A DNA stretch of 63,962 bases, the filler included, from Licmophora abbreviata (lineage: Eukaryota): NCBI GenBank assembly GCA_900291995.1. It is 7 parts of 7 records of this genome, joined end to end, with 100 filler letters (N's around TTAATTAATTAA, not from the genome) between each part and the next. Parts side by side here need not be neighbours in the genome. Positions count along the whole stretch, not along the records: positions 1 to 17,329 come from OLMU01000183.1; 6 more parts are not named here. One strand, written 5' to 3'. Shown here piece by piece: positions 1-13,011 of the stretch. The notes under the pieces were generated by a model. That model did not search any database and had not been told where the DNA came from. It worked only from the letters and a program-made list of their open reading frames with translations. How positions within the stretch are numbered: position 1 is the stretch's first letter; each line of letters opens with the position of its first letter. Both the position numbers and the translations under genes were made by a program.

Positions 1-2
1 AT

Positions 3-134
3 CCGAACTTCACCACCACGACCATCATTCGCGACTTTCCTGTCGATTGGAGTATCTTGCTGGAGAACATTCTTGATCCGGATCATGGTGCTTTCGCGCA
101 CGATAGTTCTGGTGTTGGCCCTGCTTGCCACTAG
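3..134 (+). pseudogene. Fragment of a Rieske non-heme iron oxygenase (PAO/Tic55-like); runs off the window 5' end and stops right after the mononuclear Fe motif
   Basis: Manual translation of frame 3 gives PNFTTTTIIRDFPVDWSILLENILDPDHGAFAHDSSGVGPACH*. ENxxDxxHxxxxH is the mononuclear-iron motif of PAO/Tic55/CAO-type oxygenases. TAG at 132-134; no convincing splice donor. Confidence 0.6.
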
Positions 135-350
135 CAGTCATGCTTTTGTGGCACCCACGTCCTTTTCGAGAGTCTGACGCATACGAGTAATGGGCATGAA
201 ACGCTCACTTGGCTTTCATACACGCAAAGAAACATGAACACGGACTAAAGAAAATACACTAACGAGTACGGGTTGCGAGGTATGCCGCAACAGACGCACT
301 GCGATATCGCAACTCGACAACGGAGTTCCCTCACATCGCAGCTGTACTAA

Positions 351-1399
351 TCAGTCTTGAAGCTCGCGAGCGATTTCCGCCTCCAACTCGTCCAGCTCAC
401 TACTATCCAGCACTTCGTAGTCGGCGCCTTCGGATGGTGGAGATTCTGAGCCAGTCGCGTTCGACGGCGCGACGTCTTCAAACAGACCTGTATTTTCAGT
501 GGACCTCTTCGCTTCAATTGTACCAGGTGGCTTGTTTGAGGCTGATGAGGAAAGAGAGTCTGCTGTGCTCGCAGCTTCCTTCGGCTCAAACGTAATCGTT
601 TCAATCGCAGCAGATTCCTCTTCGACGGCGGCTGACACTTCTGAATCGCCTTTCTGCGGTTGATCGGACCAAATTTCGTCAATGCTTAGGCCAGCTTCGT
701 ATCTCGTAAAAGCGCAATGGAAGAAATAGTTATGCCAAAATGTTTTTTCGCGATCGCCGCCGCCTGTAAGATACACGAAATGAACGACAAACTTCGTTGA
801 ACAAAAACGTCTCTCTGCTGCATTCGGCATAACAGTCAGCAACAGAGCGACTCACCCGATAGTTTCGATTGCTTCTCCACCAGTGTCGTATCGGTCCCCA
901 ACAGGCGCTGGATCAATCCCACGTGCGAATCCAGGTCGAAGTCAGCCAGGAGAGAAGGAAGCGGCTCAAGCTTTGTCAGCTTTTCGAGCGACGCTTCAGA
1001 TGGCTTTCTCGGCTCTTTTTTCGCTTCCTCGTCTTCATCGTCTTCATCCTCTTCTTGTTGTTCCTCCGTTTCTTCTTCGCCAGTATCAGGTAAAGCGGGC
1101 ATCATAAACGGTCCGAAGAAGGTGTCGTCGTCGTCACTCAATGCAAGAATGGCTTCCTTGCATTCGTCGACCAGAATTTCACGTTCGGCGTCGCGAGTTT
1201 CCCAAGGAAGTATTCCAGACAGCCTGTCCTTGACCGCTTCCTTACGCAATTCTTCTTCGTCGATGCGACGACGCTCTTCCATGAGTTCTGGAGACGTCAG
1301 AGTAAGTTTTTGGATCGTCTCCGTGTCAATGGGAAGCGCGTCTTGAACCTTCGTGGTAAAGTCCTCCATTTTGCTCGTTAGATCGCTCAGCCATGACAT
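351..1399 (-). CDS. BSD-domain protein (2 exons; intron 855-764)
   Basis: ORFs 836-1672 and 351-842 join via GTGAG..TTACAG to give SKLSGGGDREKTFWHNYFFHC (BSD FWxxYF motif). Likely start is MSWLSDL at 1399. Confidence 0.75.
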
Positions 1400-1851
1400 C
1401 TTTTCTAACGGAACTTTCGACGTGAGTCTTTTGAGTCTCTGATGATATAGTCGTGAAAAGAGAGAGTACGTAGACAACAAGCTGTGGTGACAAACGGCGC
1501 CTTCAGTGTGTTTGTTCAACGCGGCGTCGCTCTTGTGTGTGTCACGCGAACCACGTCCAACATAATCAAAAGTCAAATGTCCCCAGGTTGACGGAGGAAG
1601 GCTGGACTGTACAATAAGTCTCAGAGTTCGCCAGACTGCTTTAAGATAACACGTTTCAATTACAGATGCCATCTAACACTGTGCACACTCCTGCTATGAT
1701 ACGATACGAGATACGATAAAAGTTAAAGCCCGCAAGCTCATCCTGTCTAAATATTGAACGTCTAGTGATAGCGGCAATATGTCGATACAGGAGGCCTACC
1801 GTTGGCCAAGCCGTCTTCACAAGCAGAACAGCTAGGGGCTATAATATGACC

Positions 1852-3683
1852 TTATTGGGCAGCGACTCTCTTTGCCTTTGCATTGAGAACACCGTCCCGA
1901 AAATATCGAAGGGGCGGCGGACCGGCATCGATCATTCCAGTCGACTCCAGATCATTGTCGACCACAAAGAGCTCCCAAGGCTGTATACCTGCCTCTCGAA
2001 GCGCTCTCCAAACCTCATCCAGCCGATCCTGAGGCGGCAATGATCCATCGGCGGTGCACAGCAGTCCACCAATGTATGTTTGACCTACGGCGGCGGCAGC
2101 TCCAGCATAGTGAAAGACGATCCATGATAAGTCATCCGCCACACCGGCAATTGTCCAAAACTCATTGCTGGTAATCCCATTGTCTAGAACAGAGAGGTGA
2201 AACGTGCCGGGAATGCCCCCATCTCGCACTCGGTAGTGTCGCTTCACAAGTCAAATGAACAACATCAAACGCGTAGGTTGGCAATATAATAATCGATATC
2301 GACGCGAACAATACACGTGCGACCTACCTTGCACCACACATTGCGTCCATCCAAAGTATTCACACGAAACACTGGGTCGTACCACATATCTCGTCCGTTT
2401 GAGCTCTCGTAGAAGAGTTGGTGCTGGGATGGGAATTGGTCGTAGGCCACATTCGCTCCTGCGGCAACCTTCCAAGACAGTTCTAGTCTCTCGCTTCCCT
2501 CAGGAGCCAATTCGTCATCGAGATGTCCAATAAGAATACTGCGACTGGTTTCCGTCGTGAGAAGCTCCCCCCTCCAAGATACGATGGGAGCAACTTTTGG
2601 CATTGTCGGTATGGTTGAGTGACAATCGAAGATGTTGTTCTTCTGCATGATACAGAAGCTAAAGTCCGTCAAAAGCTGCGACTCATAGGAAACAATTGTT
2701 CGATAGCTCGAAACTTGGTCGCGTGTATCTAGTTTCGTCAAGGCGTTCATGCACTCGTTGCATTTCTCGTCACCGAGGCACTTGCCGATGCAGTCGCCGC
2801 ACTTGGTCCCCATGTCGAAAACCTCTTTCAAGTTTCGAATCGGTCCTTTCTCCCACGTGACATCGATTGAATGTTTGACCTTTCATGGATCATGGGACAA
2901 GAATGCTATTGAGCTGCAACGCGGATACAGATGAAAACAAGAAAACCTTCCACTATAACCTACCCATTGAATCTCGGACCCTGAGAACTGGTTGAAGAAT
3001 ATCATGAGCGCCACGGTGAAGTCGTCCGATGTCCACCGGTCAAACAAGCCAAGCATCTGATCGTGCATACGGCGCGCTGAGGCCAGCTCCGACCATGGAG
3101 CCAATGTCGTGAGCCAAGTGGGAGAAGATGCATCGTATTCGGCAACCATTTCAGGAAGACTGCTTGCACATCCTAGACCAAACTGACACTGGCGTGACCG
3201 AAGCGACTTGTCGCGTCTCATCCGAGCTTCGAATACACCTCGCGCAAAATCAAGATCGGAGTCCAATGTCAGACCTAAAGCAATCAGCGCGTCGGCTTCT
3301 TCGATAATTTTCGTAGTGCGTTCGTCGTCTTCATTCTCCGGGACTGACAAGCATTGGGACTCAACCAAGCCTTCTGAGAACCAAAACGACTTGTTCATCA
3401 AATGCGCAGTAGCGTTGGCAACCGTAGGATTGCCTATTGGAGATCTGGACCCAAATTGGAGCGTCGTTGAGTCGACCCCGGTGGACGGTAACAAGAATAG
3501 GATGTCTCCAACAGCCTTGTCAGTCGCCGTTTTCATGACAGGCACATCGTGAACTCCGACGGCCACTGCATGCAGTGTTCTCTTCGCGGATCGCGGCGAC
3601 AAAGGAGCCGACACGCGAAATCCTTCGCAGCCAGCGCTAGCTAAAATTCCAAGGAGGACACAGAGCGCACAAAAGCGACTCAT
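1852..3683 (-). CDS. VDR: Violaxanthin de-epoxidase-related protein, plastid-targeted (3 exons; introns 2963-2880, 2327-2242)
   Basis: Signal peptide with CEG|FRV. Cys-rich CGDCIGKCLGDEKCNEC domain. Lipocalin-like part WKVAAGANVAYDQFPSQHQLFY...WYDPVF...RHYRVR...FHYAGAA, typical of VDR. GT-AG joins keep the frame. Confidence 0.85.
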
Positions 3684-4021
3684 GATCCAGATGGTCTCTA
3701 CAGCGACTCGTTTTCTACAAATGTCAGGGGTGATGGGGGACTACTATTGGAAAAGGGAACAACCTTTGCTGAGTCGCCGACGCGAATGAGTCAAAAATCA
3801 AAAATCGAATGGAATCTTTCTTCAAATTTACTTCGCGCGCTTTTGTGCACGAACACAGACATGCGTGTACGCGGTGACGTCATATCATATTCAATCCTAC
3901 GTACTTACAAGTTCAAAACATTCAAATTAGATTCTTCATCTTCAGGAGCTACTAAGTTTTCACGCCAGCCTGTCTTTGAACTCTGCTTTCTCGGGCATCT
4001 CAAATTTCAAATCGGACTTCG

Positions 4022-7000
4022 ATGCAAAAATGGCCTCAATTGCGACGATTGACGATGAGCAATCAGGCAGCGGTCATGCCAATGGCGCCCACCATTGCTC
4101 ACCCTCGTCCAGGGAAATTCTGTCGGCAGCGATCGATGGTTTCTTTCATGGCACCTGCGCTTCTTTTGTTCTTTCTTTGCCAACTTCTATTGGTTTCCGC
4201 CGACCAATATTATGATGATACGGCACATTTGTCCACCCGTGAGATCTTGATGCGACTGCACCAGGACGCTGGCGGTACCAAGTGGAAGGTCCACCAGAAC
4301 TGGATTGATTCATCAGACCACTGTACTTGGTATGGAGTGACGTGCTATGGCGAAGATGAGATTGAAAAGCGGAAGATCGGACATGTCCGTCAGGTGGAAC
4401 TCAACTCCAACCATCTCATCGGAGTGCTACCCAGAGAAATTTACCAGCTTCCATATATTTCAGTGCTGTCCTTCCGCGACAATCCTGATCTAGAAGTTTC
4501 ATTTGAAGGATTAGCTGAGGCGCAGCATCTCGAAGAACTCGTCGTTAGCAACACTGCTGTCAAAACTTTGCAAGGACTTGGAGCGGCGACATCCTTGTTG
4601 CAGCTCCACATGGCCAACTTGGGTTTGGTCAGCACTTTTCCGGAGGAAATCACTGACCTTACAAATCTCAAGGGGGTCGTTGCAAACTACAATCATTTCT
4701 CCGGGACATTGCCAACGACGATTGGCCGCCTCATGAACCTGGAAGAGATGTTTGTGATCGACAGTTCTCTCACGGGGCAGATTCCGTCTGAGATCGGCCA
4801 ATTGAGGAAGCTTCGGACGCTGCTACTAGGAAACAATGCATTCAGTGGCACTCTTCCAGAATCTTTAAATCAGTGCACTCGACTAGCGACAATTGCGATT
4901 GAACGCGAGAAAAACGATGAGAAGGGAGTTGGCGTGAGCGGACCATTGCCCGCTTTCGAGAGCCTGTACCAACTCACGGAGCTCTACCTTGAGAATCAGC
5001 GGTTGACTGGTACCGTTCCGATCGCATTCCTGCAGGGTGCCCCTCGATCTGAATCTATCAAAGTTGATCTTACTTCGAACCTGTTGACAGGTATTCTGCC
5101 GAACAGTCTTTCCGACTTGCCGCGGCTTGGTTTGTTCATCGCCGACAATCGCATCACTGGCATCTCGGACCTTTGTGATAATATACTCGGGTGGATGGGT
5201 GGATCTGTAGAAATGGATGGGTGTGAGGCATTTCTCTGCCCCCAACGAACTTTTGCTCCTCAAGGACGAAAGACTCCTTCAGCAGATTGTCGGCCGTGCA
5301 GTTCGGCTACGTATTTTGGTAGCACGGAGTGCACGGCTATAGCACCAGCTGTGTCTGAGCAACAGATTCTTATTGAGTTTTACAACGAGATGGGAGGTTT
5401 CTTTTGGGATAACGATGGAAACTGGCTCAATCCCTATGCAGCGGTGTGTCAGTGGTACGGAATCAGTTGTACCGATGAGGGGAAGGTTCGCGGTATCGAC
5501 CTTTCCAACAATGGACTGAGCGGTAGTCCACCGGAGAGTTTGTTCACCCTCCCAGAGCTACGCGAACTCAATCTCGAATCTAATTCCATCGAATTTCGAT
5601 TCCGCGGAATCGGGAAAGCTGCACGTCTTGAGATGCTCGATCTCGCACATACCGATCTCAGCTCGCTCGCTCACATTGACGAGCTCAAGTACACCGGCAT
5701 TAGTCGCTTGCGAATCTCCGGCAACAATCTGAACACCGAAATACCGACATCCCTGTTTAGCTTGGTGAGCCTCAAAGACCTCTTGGTGGATCACAATGGA
5801 TTTAGGGGATCAGTACCGTCACAAGTTGGCCTTCTATCTAATCTCGTGACGTTGCAGGGGACCGGCAATATCTGGCGTGGTCAGCTGCCTTCGGAGCTAG
5901 GACTCTTGACCGCGGCAGCCTATTTGTTGTTGGATGAAAATGCGTTTACAGGTACACTGCCGACAGAATTGGAAGCGCTAACATCCGCCAAGGTCATTTC
6001 GCTCCAACAAACAACAACAAGCGAAGGAATTGGTGGGAAGCTATTGTCGTTTGAGAATCTCTCCAGCTTACGTAAACTGCGCCTTGGTGGAAACCGTTTG
6101 AATGGGACGCTTCCATGGAATCTTCTCTCGAATACGCAACATTCAAATGAAGAAATTGAAATAAGCTTGAATGGGAATATGCTCACTGGCTCGATACCCA
6201 ACTCATGGGCGCCCCGCTTCGAACAGCTATACGTCGATCTATCCGGCAACCGTATCACTTCTATCCCCAATGTCGCTTGTGCGAAAGAAGATTGGATGGG
6301 TGGGTTGGTCGGAAAATATTCATGCGACGCGATCCTGTGCCCTGTCGGGACCTACAACGAGCTCGGCCGTCGTATAGATGATGACACTGCCTGTCGTCAG
6401 TGCCAGTCAGACGGGACCGGCCTTTTAGGTGCGACTGACTGTATGGGTCAGGACAGCAATAGTGAGCTGTCCACTCTCCGGTTACTATTTGCGGCGATGG
6501 GAGGCTCCTCGTGGTTTGACTCGACGGGTTGGATTACATCCAGCGACTACTGTGCTGATTGGTTCGGAATAGAGTGCACTACGGACGGTCATGTCTCCAA
6601 AATTCGACTGGGCGACAACCGGCTGGTCGGTTCGCCCCCTCCCTCTATTTTTCACCTTGCATCTCTTGTTGAACTTGATCTTCAAGACAACCAGATCTCT
6701 TTCAATTTCAATGACGTGATCTCAGATACTGCGGTAGAGGTTCTATATCTGTCGGGGACCGGTCTTGATTCAATCGAGGGCATTGGCAAGCTAGCAAACC
6801 TTCGAATACTTCACCTGACCAGCAACGATATCGAAGCTATTCCAGAGGACATTGCTGCTTGCTCCCACCTGGAGGAGCTGAAACTAAACTTCAACAGACT
6901 GTCGGGAAGAATCCCTTCATTTCTTTCGCGACTCAAGAATCTAGTGGAGTTAAATTTGGTACAGAACCGTCTTGAGGGGCAGATCCCTGGGGGCGTCATC

Positions 7001-10000
7001 GGGGCTTTGACCAACCTTCAGACTCTGAGTTTGACAGGCAATCATTTCACAGGGAGCTTGCCCCCCGAGCTCAACGAGCTTTCGAATATTCGGATAATAT
7101 CTATTGAGAGCACAGGGAGAAGCGACCACGCCTTTTCAGGAATTCAGGGCCCGTTACCGTCATTGAACAAGCTGTCGAAGCTTCGAAAGCTCGACCTTGG
7201 TTCCAACGCAATTTCTGGTTCTATCCCGTTCGACTTCTTGAGCGGCATCGATGACAAGTCGACGACGATAGAAGTCGACCTCATTTCTAACCAACTGACC
7301 GGCGAACTACCGGCATCCTTGACGGAATTTGAGGTAGGTCAATGTCTGCTACGCATGTTGGCAGCATCTCCATACGACAGGCTCACCACGCGCATGACTG
7401 CCGATCTATCCCGTTTCTTCTCTCGGCCAAGGCGCTTGTTCTTTTTGTAGCCGACAACCAGATATCCGGAATCGCCGACGGCCTTTGCCTCCAATCTAAT
7501 TGGATGAGAGGCGAAGTTGGAGAGTTCGAATGCGACGCGATCCTGTGCCCACCGAACACATATAGCGCCTTTGGAAGACAGTTCGGTGGTGTCTCGGTCT
7601 GCCGGAACTGTACCGACGCCTCCCAGGCTCCATTCTACGGCAGTTTTTCTTGTCTCAGCGAAACAGACTTGCAGATGTCGAAAGAACGCGACATCCTTGA
7701 AGCTTTTTTCGCTTCCACCAACGGACCCGACTGGGAGATCAATGAGCAGTGGGGAAACTCGGACGTCAGTTTCTGCTCCTGGCATGGCGTTAGCTGCATC
7801 AGTGAGACTCAAGAATCTGTAAAGAGGATTCGACTCATGTCCAACTCGTTGAATGGGACCATTCCGTCCCAGATATTCTCGCTGCCCAATCTTTCGGAGC
7901 TCGATCTGGCAGCAAACCGCATCGAGTTTTCCTTCGAAGGCATAGAAAATGCAGAGAAACTCCACGATCTAAACCTTGACAATATTGGGATGTCTTCGCT
8001 CCGTGGCATCAGCAAAGCGCCAGATTTGCGGCTTCTTCATGCGAGTGGCAATGAGTTGCAAGTGATCGACGACGAGTTATACTCACTTTCAAAGCTCGAG
8101 GTACTTTTCCTGTCCGACAATAGCTTCTCAGGCGAGATTCCCACTCAACTTCAGAGATTGAGCAACATGATATTCTTCGAATGTGCAAATTGTGGGCTCG
8201 AAGGAAAAGCGCCATCATGGATAGCGTCGTGGCCTCGTCTACAATACCTGCGACTAAGCACGAATTCGCTTACCGGCTCCCTCCCCGCGTCCATTATGGA
8301 CTGCAAGGACTTGAAGCAGCTTGATTTGTCGAGTCAAAACATCCGTGGTGATGGTCTTAGTGGTGGCTTGCTCGACTTTTCTGGGTTGGAGAATCTATCT
8401 GTGATACACCTCGCTCGCAACCGCCTGGAAGGCACCATTCCATCGACTTTTCTTCAAAACGTCTCGTCAACAGCGAAAGTTGTTGTAGACTTGCGCTCAA
8501 ATTATCTGAATGGTTCAATTCCGACGGCTCTACTCAGGCTGTCAGATCTTGACCTGTGGCTTGCGTAAGTACAGGCTTTTTCGGTCTGTCATTCTGTTTG
8601 GTAATATCTCATCACCCTCACCGTTTCCTCTGGCTACTGTCGTGTTGCAGTGAAAATCAGATCGATTTCATTCCCCAGGACATATGTACTTCACCCTGGA
8701 ACGGCGGTAGTCCTCTCGCACTAGGATGTGATGGCGTTCTTTGTGGGCCTGGAAGTTTCAACTCGCTTGGAAGAGCCACGGATGAACTCTCGTGCAGCCC
8801 ATGCCCAACGGAGAACTACACGGAGTTCTTTGGTAGCACGTCTTGTGACGTGAACCTCGATAGACAACGAGTTGCTTCACTGTTCATCGTGCTTGGAGGA
8901 CCAGAGTGGAACAATAATGACGGCTGGCTTGTTGATGACGATGTGTGCACATGGCGCGGCATTTCATGTTACGATGACGGAGAGCAGCAAGGACGGATAC
9001 ACAGCATTGCCCTGGCAGGCAACAATATGCAGGGAAGCATTCCTACCGAAATATACAAGATTCCTTATCTGAAGTTGCTCAACGTAAAGAACAACAAGAT
9101 CTCGCTGTCCTTCGACGGAATCCAAGACGCTTTGAATCTAGATACGCTGTATCTATCAGAAACTCATATCGACTCTCTCGACGGTATCGGGAACGCGCCT
9201 TCGCTCCGCGCATTGCATTTAACGGGGTAAGTTCCTCTTGTTCGATCTATGCCGCTGGTCAACCTAAACTCTCATCTTGTTCGTTCTGCTTTCTTTTGAT
9301 AGCTCTCGTATCAATGGCCCGCTTCCTGATGAACTGTTCGGCCTTGCTTCGCTCGAGAAGCTGTACCTCAACTTCAATGAATTATCTTCTACGCTCCCGT
9401 CCGAGATCGGACGGTTGAAGGGGCTCGAGGAGCTCTACTTATTAAACAATCAACTATCAGGAAGCCTGCCGACGGAGCTTGGCCTTCTGACGAACCTTGA
9501 GCTGCTATCGATCGGAAACAATATGTTCACGGGTGAGCTCTTGAGTCAGACTATCGCGTCGCTCAAGAAGTTGGAGCTTCTGTCTGTCCACAACGACGTT
9601 TGGGATGTAGGATCAGGACTCAGCGGCGCGCTACCATCCTTCAGTAGCCTTCCAAAGATTCGATCTCTTTACCTTGCGAATAACACCTTCGATGGGTCGA
9701 TACCCCCCAGCTTTCTTAATAGTGTCGACGACAAGACGAACCTTGTGACAGTGGATCTGATCGGCAACAAATTGTCAGGTATAGTCCCTTCCAGCCTTGC
9801 CAGATTTGACAACCTTCGTCTGTGAGTTGATCCCTGCTTAACGCTCTCTAAATGCCTCGCCTCGGATATTACTCGATCGCAGTACTAACACAGTCTTCCA
9901 TCATTCCCGCGCTAACCCCGGATAGATTCCTCGCAGGCAACAGAATCGAGGGAATCCCAGTCCCGATCTGTCAGCAGCAGCGGTGGTTCAATGGCCAGCT

Positions 10001-12284
10001 TGGACTCACTGACTGCGATGCATTCCTATGCAAACCTGGGTTCTTCAACGAGTTTGGTCGGCAAGTGGGCGACCGAAGTCCCTGTGTGTCATGCGGGTAT
10101 AGTGGCGCAACACCCTTCTACGGAAGTCTCACATGTGACGCCGGACGGGCCAATGAACTAGATGAGCGAACTATACTCTTTCAGCTCTACGCGGCTACCG
10201 GAGGCAACCAGTGGCATGTCAGCGATAACTGGCTCGACGACGACACAGCGATCTGCAACTGGCACGGTGTGCACTGTATCACTATCAACGGCGCAGAACG
10301 TGTCTCTGACTTGGTGCTGGCCGCAAACGGTGTTTCCGGTACCATTCCAGCCACGATATTCCACCTCAAACATCTTCGAGTATTGAATCTCACTGACAGC
10401 GTTGTCGACGTCCACTTCCATAGCATTGGTGCGGCGAGCGCACTCGAAGAACTCTATCTAGAAGGCACGAACATTCAATCGTTGGATGGTATCGGTCAGG
10501 CTGGAAACCTGCGGGTACTCAACCTCGAGAAGAATGCCTTTGGCGGCATGGGCATTCCAGACGAACTGTTTGACTTGACTTCCTTGCGCCGCCTGTACCT
10601 CTCGGATAGCGGGTTTGCCGGTACGCTGTCAACGATGATAGGCAACTTGGTCGAACTCCGCCACTTTGAATGTCATGACAACGACATCAGTGGCGAAATC
10701 CCACCGACACTTGGTCTGCTCAGCAATCTGAAGATACTCAATCTGGCCGAATGCAACTTCTACGGCACGCTTCCAACCACGTTGAATCAACTCACTTCGC
10801 TGGAAGAGCTGTATCTGGACTCTCTCACGCGGAACACGGCCGGTATTAGTGGACCGCTTCTCTCATTTTCAAGAATGTCGAACTTGAGGGGGCTCTACAT
10901 GGAGTCAAACGCGCTGACGGGCGAAATACCGAAGGACTTTCTTGCTGGAGTCGACGCCACCGACGAAACTATCGTCGTCGGGCTTGGCGCATGCAGACTC
11001 ACAGGTGAGGTGCCTCGAGAGCTCTCGAGGCTGAAGCGGCTCGACATCGATCTAACCGGCAACAAGATTCTCAACGTGAGCGATGACTTATGCGCCATGG
11101 AACTGTGGATGGGAGGTACTGTAAAGGACTTTGGATGCCACGCAATTCTTTGCCCTTCGGAGACCTACAACCGCAAAGGCCGCCAGACAAGTGAGCGGAA
11201 TCCCTGTTTCTTATGCGCTGGGGACGACGTATCACCGTACATGGGAAGTACGAAGTGTCCTGTTGTTGATAGGTTGGCAGAAAAGTCGACCATGGAGCAC
11301 ATCTTCAATAAGACTGGCGGGGTCCATTGGAAGAATAATGATGGTTGGTTGCAAGACGATGATATATGCGGCTGGTATGGCATCACATGCCACGAGGAAG
11401 GAACGGTTGAGTCGATTATCCTGGGTGCTAACAATCTGGTGGGATCGTTCCCTTCGCAAGTTTATGGGCTTCCTCGCCTGCGATACCTCTGGCTATACTC
11501 GAACCCGATTCAACTCAGCTTTGACGGCATTGGGCGAGCAACAGAGTTGCGCAGTCTGCTTCTGGATTCAACCGGCTTGACTTCCCTTCACGGACTCGAG
11601 GACGCGGCATCGCTGGTGGATGTCGACGTCAGATTCAACGCGTTGACTGGCACTTTGCCGGAGCTTCGCGACCTACGCTACCTTGAGTCCTTCTCGTGCG
11701 AGCAAAACCATCTTGACGGAACGATCCCGAGCTTCGCCAATAACAGAAAGTTGACAAGCCTTCGCGTAGGCGGCAATCAGCTAATTGGAACTCTTCCTGA
11801 CTTCCATACACTGACAAATTTGCAGGCCCTCGACGTTTCGGATAACTTGCTGACAGGGTCGATTCCTTCCTTGCTACCATCGGCCGACCCGAAAAGGAGC
11901 ATCGTCCTCGACTTGAGCAAGAATAGGCTTTCGGGGACTGTACCGGGCTCTTTGAGCCGGTTCGACCATCTCTCCATCTACCTACGTGACAACCGACTGA
12001 CAGGAATTAGTGCGAATCTGTGTGACGAGACTTTCTGGAACGGTGGTGACGTGGGCAGCTTCCAGTGCGACGGCATCATGTGCCCTCCGGAAACGTACGC
12101 CTTCGGTGTTGGTCGCGCAACGCAAGACAATACGTGCGTCCCTTGCGACGAGGCAGAATTCTATGGAACTTCAAAATGCGGAGATCAGAAGACGTCAAGT
12201 GTTACGCGGAATTCCAAATGGACGACAAGCGCGTCCTCGCTCGTTTCTATTTTCTTGATCATTGTCCTGAACGCCGTTCCGTAA
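4022..12284 (+). CDS. Giant (~2600 aa) extracellular LRR protein with 7 tandem N-cap/LRR/Cys-rich modules (introns 7334-7431, 8565-8650, 9227-9302, 9822-9925)
   Basis: Five ORFs join by GT-AG introns into 7899 nt (2633 codons). Plant-type LRRs LxLxxNxLxGxIP. Signal peptide from the ATG at 4136 (MVSFMAPALLLFFLCQLLLVSA). Hydrophobic C-terminus with no kinase domain. Confidence 0.85.
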
Positions 12285-12378
12285 CCATGTTAATACATTT
12301 GAATGAACCAACATTGAGCCACTTCTCTGGACATCGACTCAGCTGTCTCGACTGACGTTGCAATCCTGTAAGACTGAC

Positions 12379-13011
12379 TCATGATCGCTCGTCGCTCCCG
12401 TCAAGACAATCTCGTATTCCGTCTCCGACACGTGAACTGTAAATAATGGAGCTACCATCCATGCAATGAAATGTCTCTCGCTGTACTGTGAGATGCGAAC
12501 AAGCCGCAGTATTTGGCTCGTCGCTCCCATCCGGACAATCACAGTAATCGTCATTCAAAAATCCTTTTGTGCCGTCGTCGCAGGTGACCTGCCGAAATTT
12601 TGTCGTGTTATTGATGGACCGTCTCGCGGAAGTACCAGGTTGATAGGACCGCGAATTATCAGCGTTTTTAGTTGCTTCTTGGCCATGATGATGTGTACGG
12701 CTACGTTTCCTTCTTCCATCTGGTGAATGGTATTTATGGATCTCGCGTGCCTCGGTGTCGCTGCTTCTTGGACGCCGTGTCGAAACGGTAGATCCAAGCA
12801 TCGTCGTGACCACCACTATCAGTATGACAATTATCGCGAGGCATGTGACGGAAAATGAGGATTTCCACGTTCGTCGCCGCCTTCGAGGAAAGAAAACGGA
12901 ACCATTAGCAAGAGTTCCAGACGTCTGATAAAGGGGAAGAGTCGTCGTTGATGCACTCTTGCGTTGCCGCAGCATACCGGTACCGCCCGAAGCTGGCGCC
13001 GAAGGTCTCAT
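12379..13011 (-). CDS. Membrane-anchored protein carrying only the glucosidase II beta (PRKCSH) N-terminal Cys-rich domain
   Basis: [20 protein letters not shown]...FHC...[17 protein letters not shown] motif. One TM segment ([15 protein letters not shown]). Confidence 0.75.
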   Translation of the reverse strand: MRPSAPASGGTGMLRQRKSASTTTLPLYQTSGTLANGSVFFPRRRRRTWKSSFSVTCLAIIVILIVVVTTMLGSTVSTRRPRSSDTEAREIHKYHSPDGRRKRSRTHHHGQEATKNADNSRSYQPGTSARRSINNTTKFRQVTCDDGTKGFLNDDYCDCPDGSDEPNTAACSHLTVQRETFHCMDGSSIIYSSRVGDGIRDCLDGSDERS

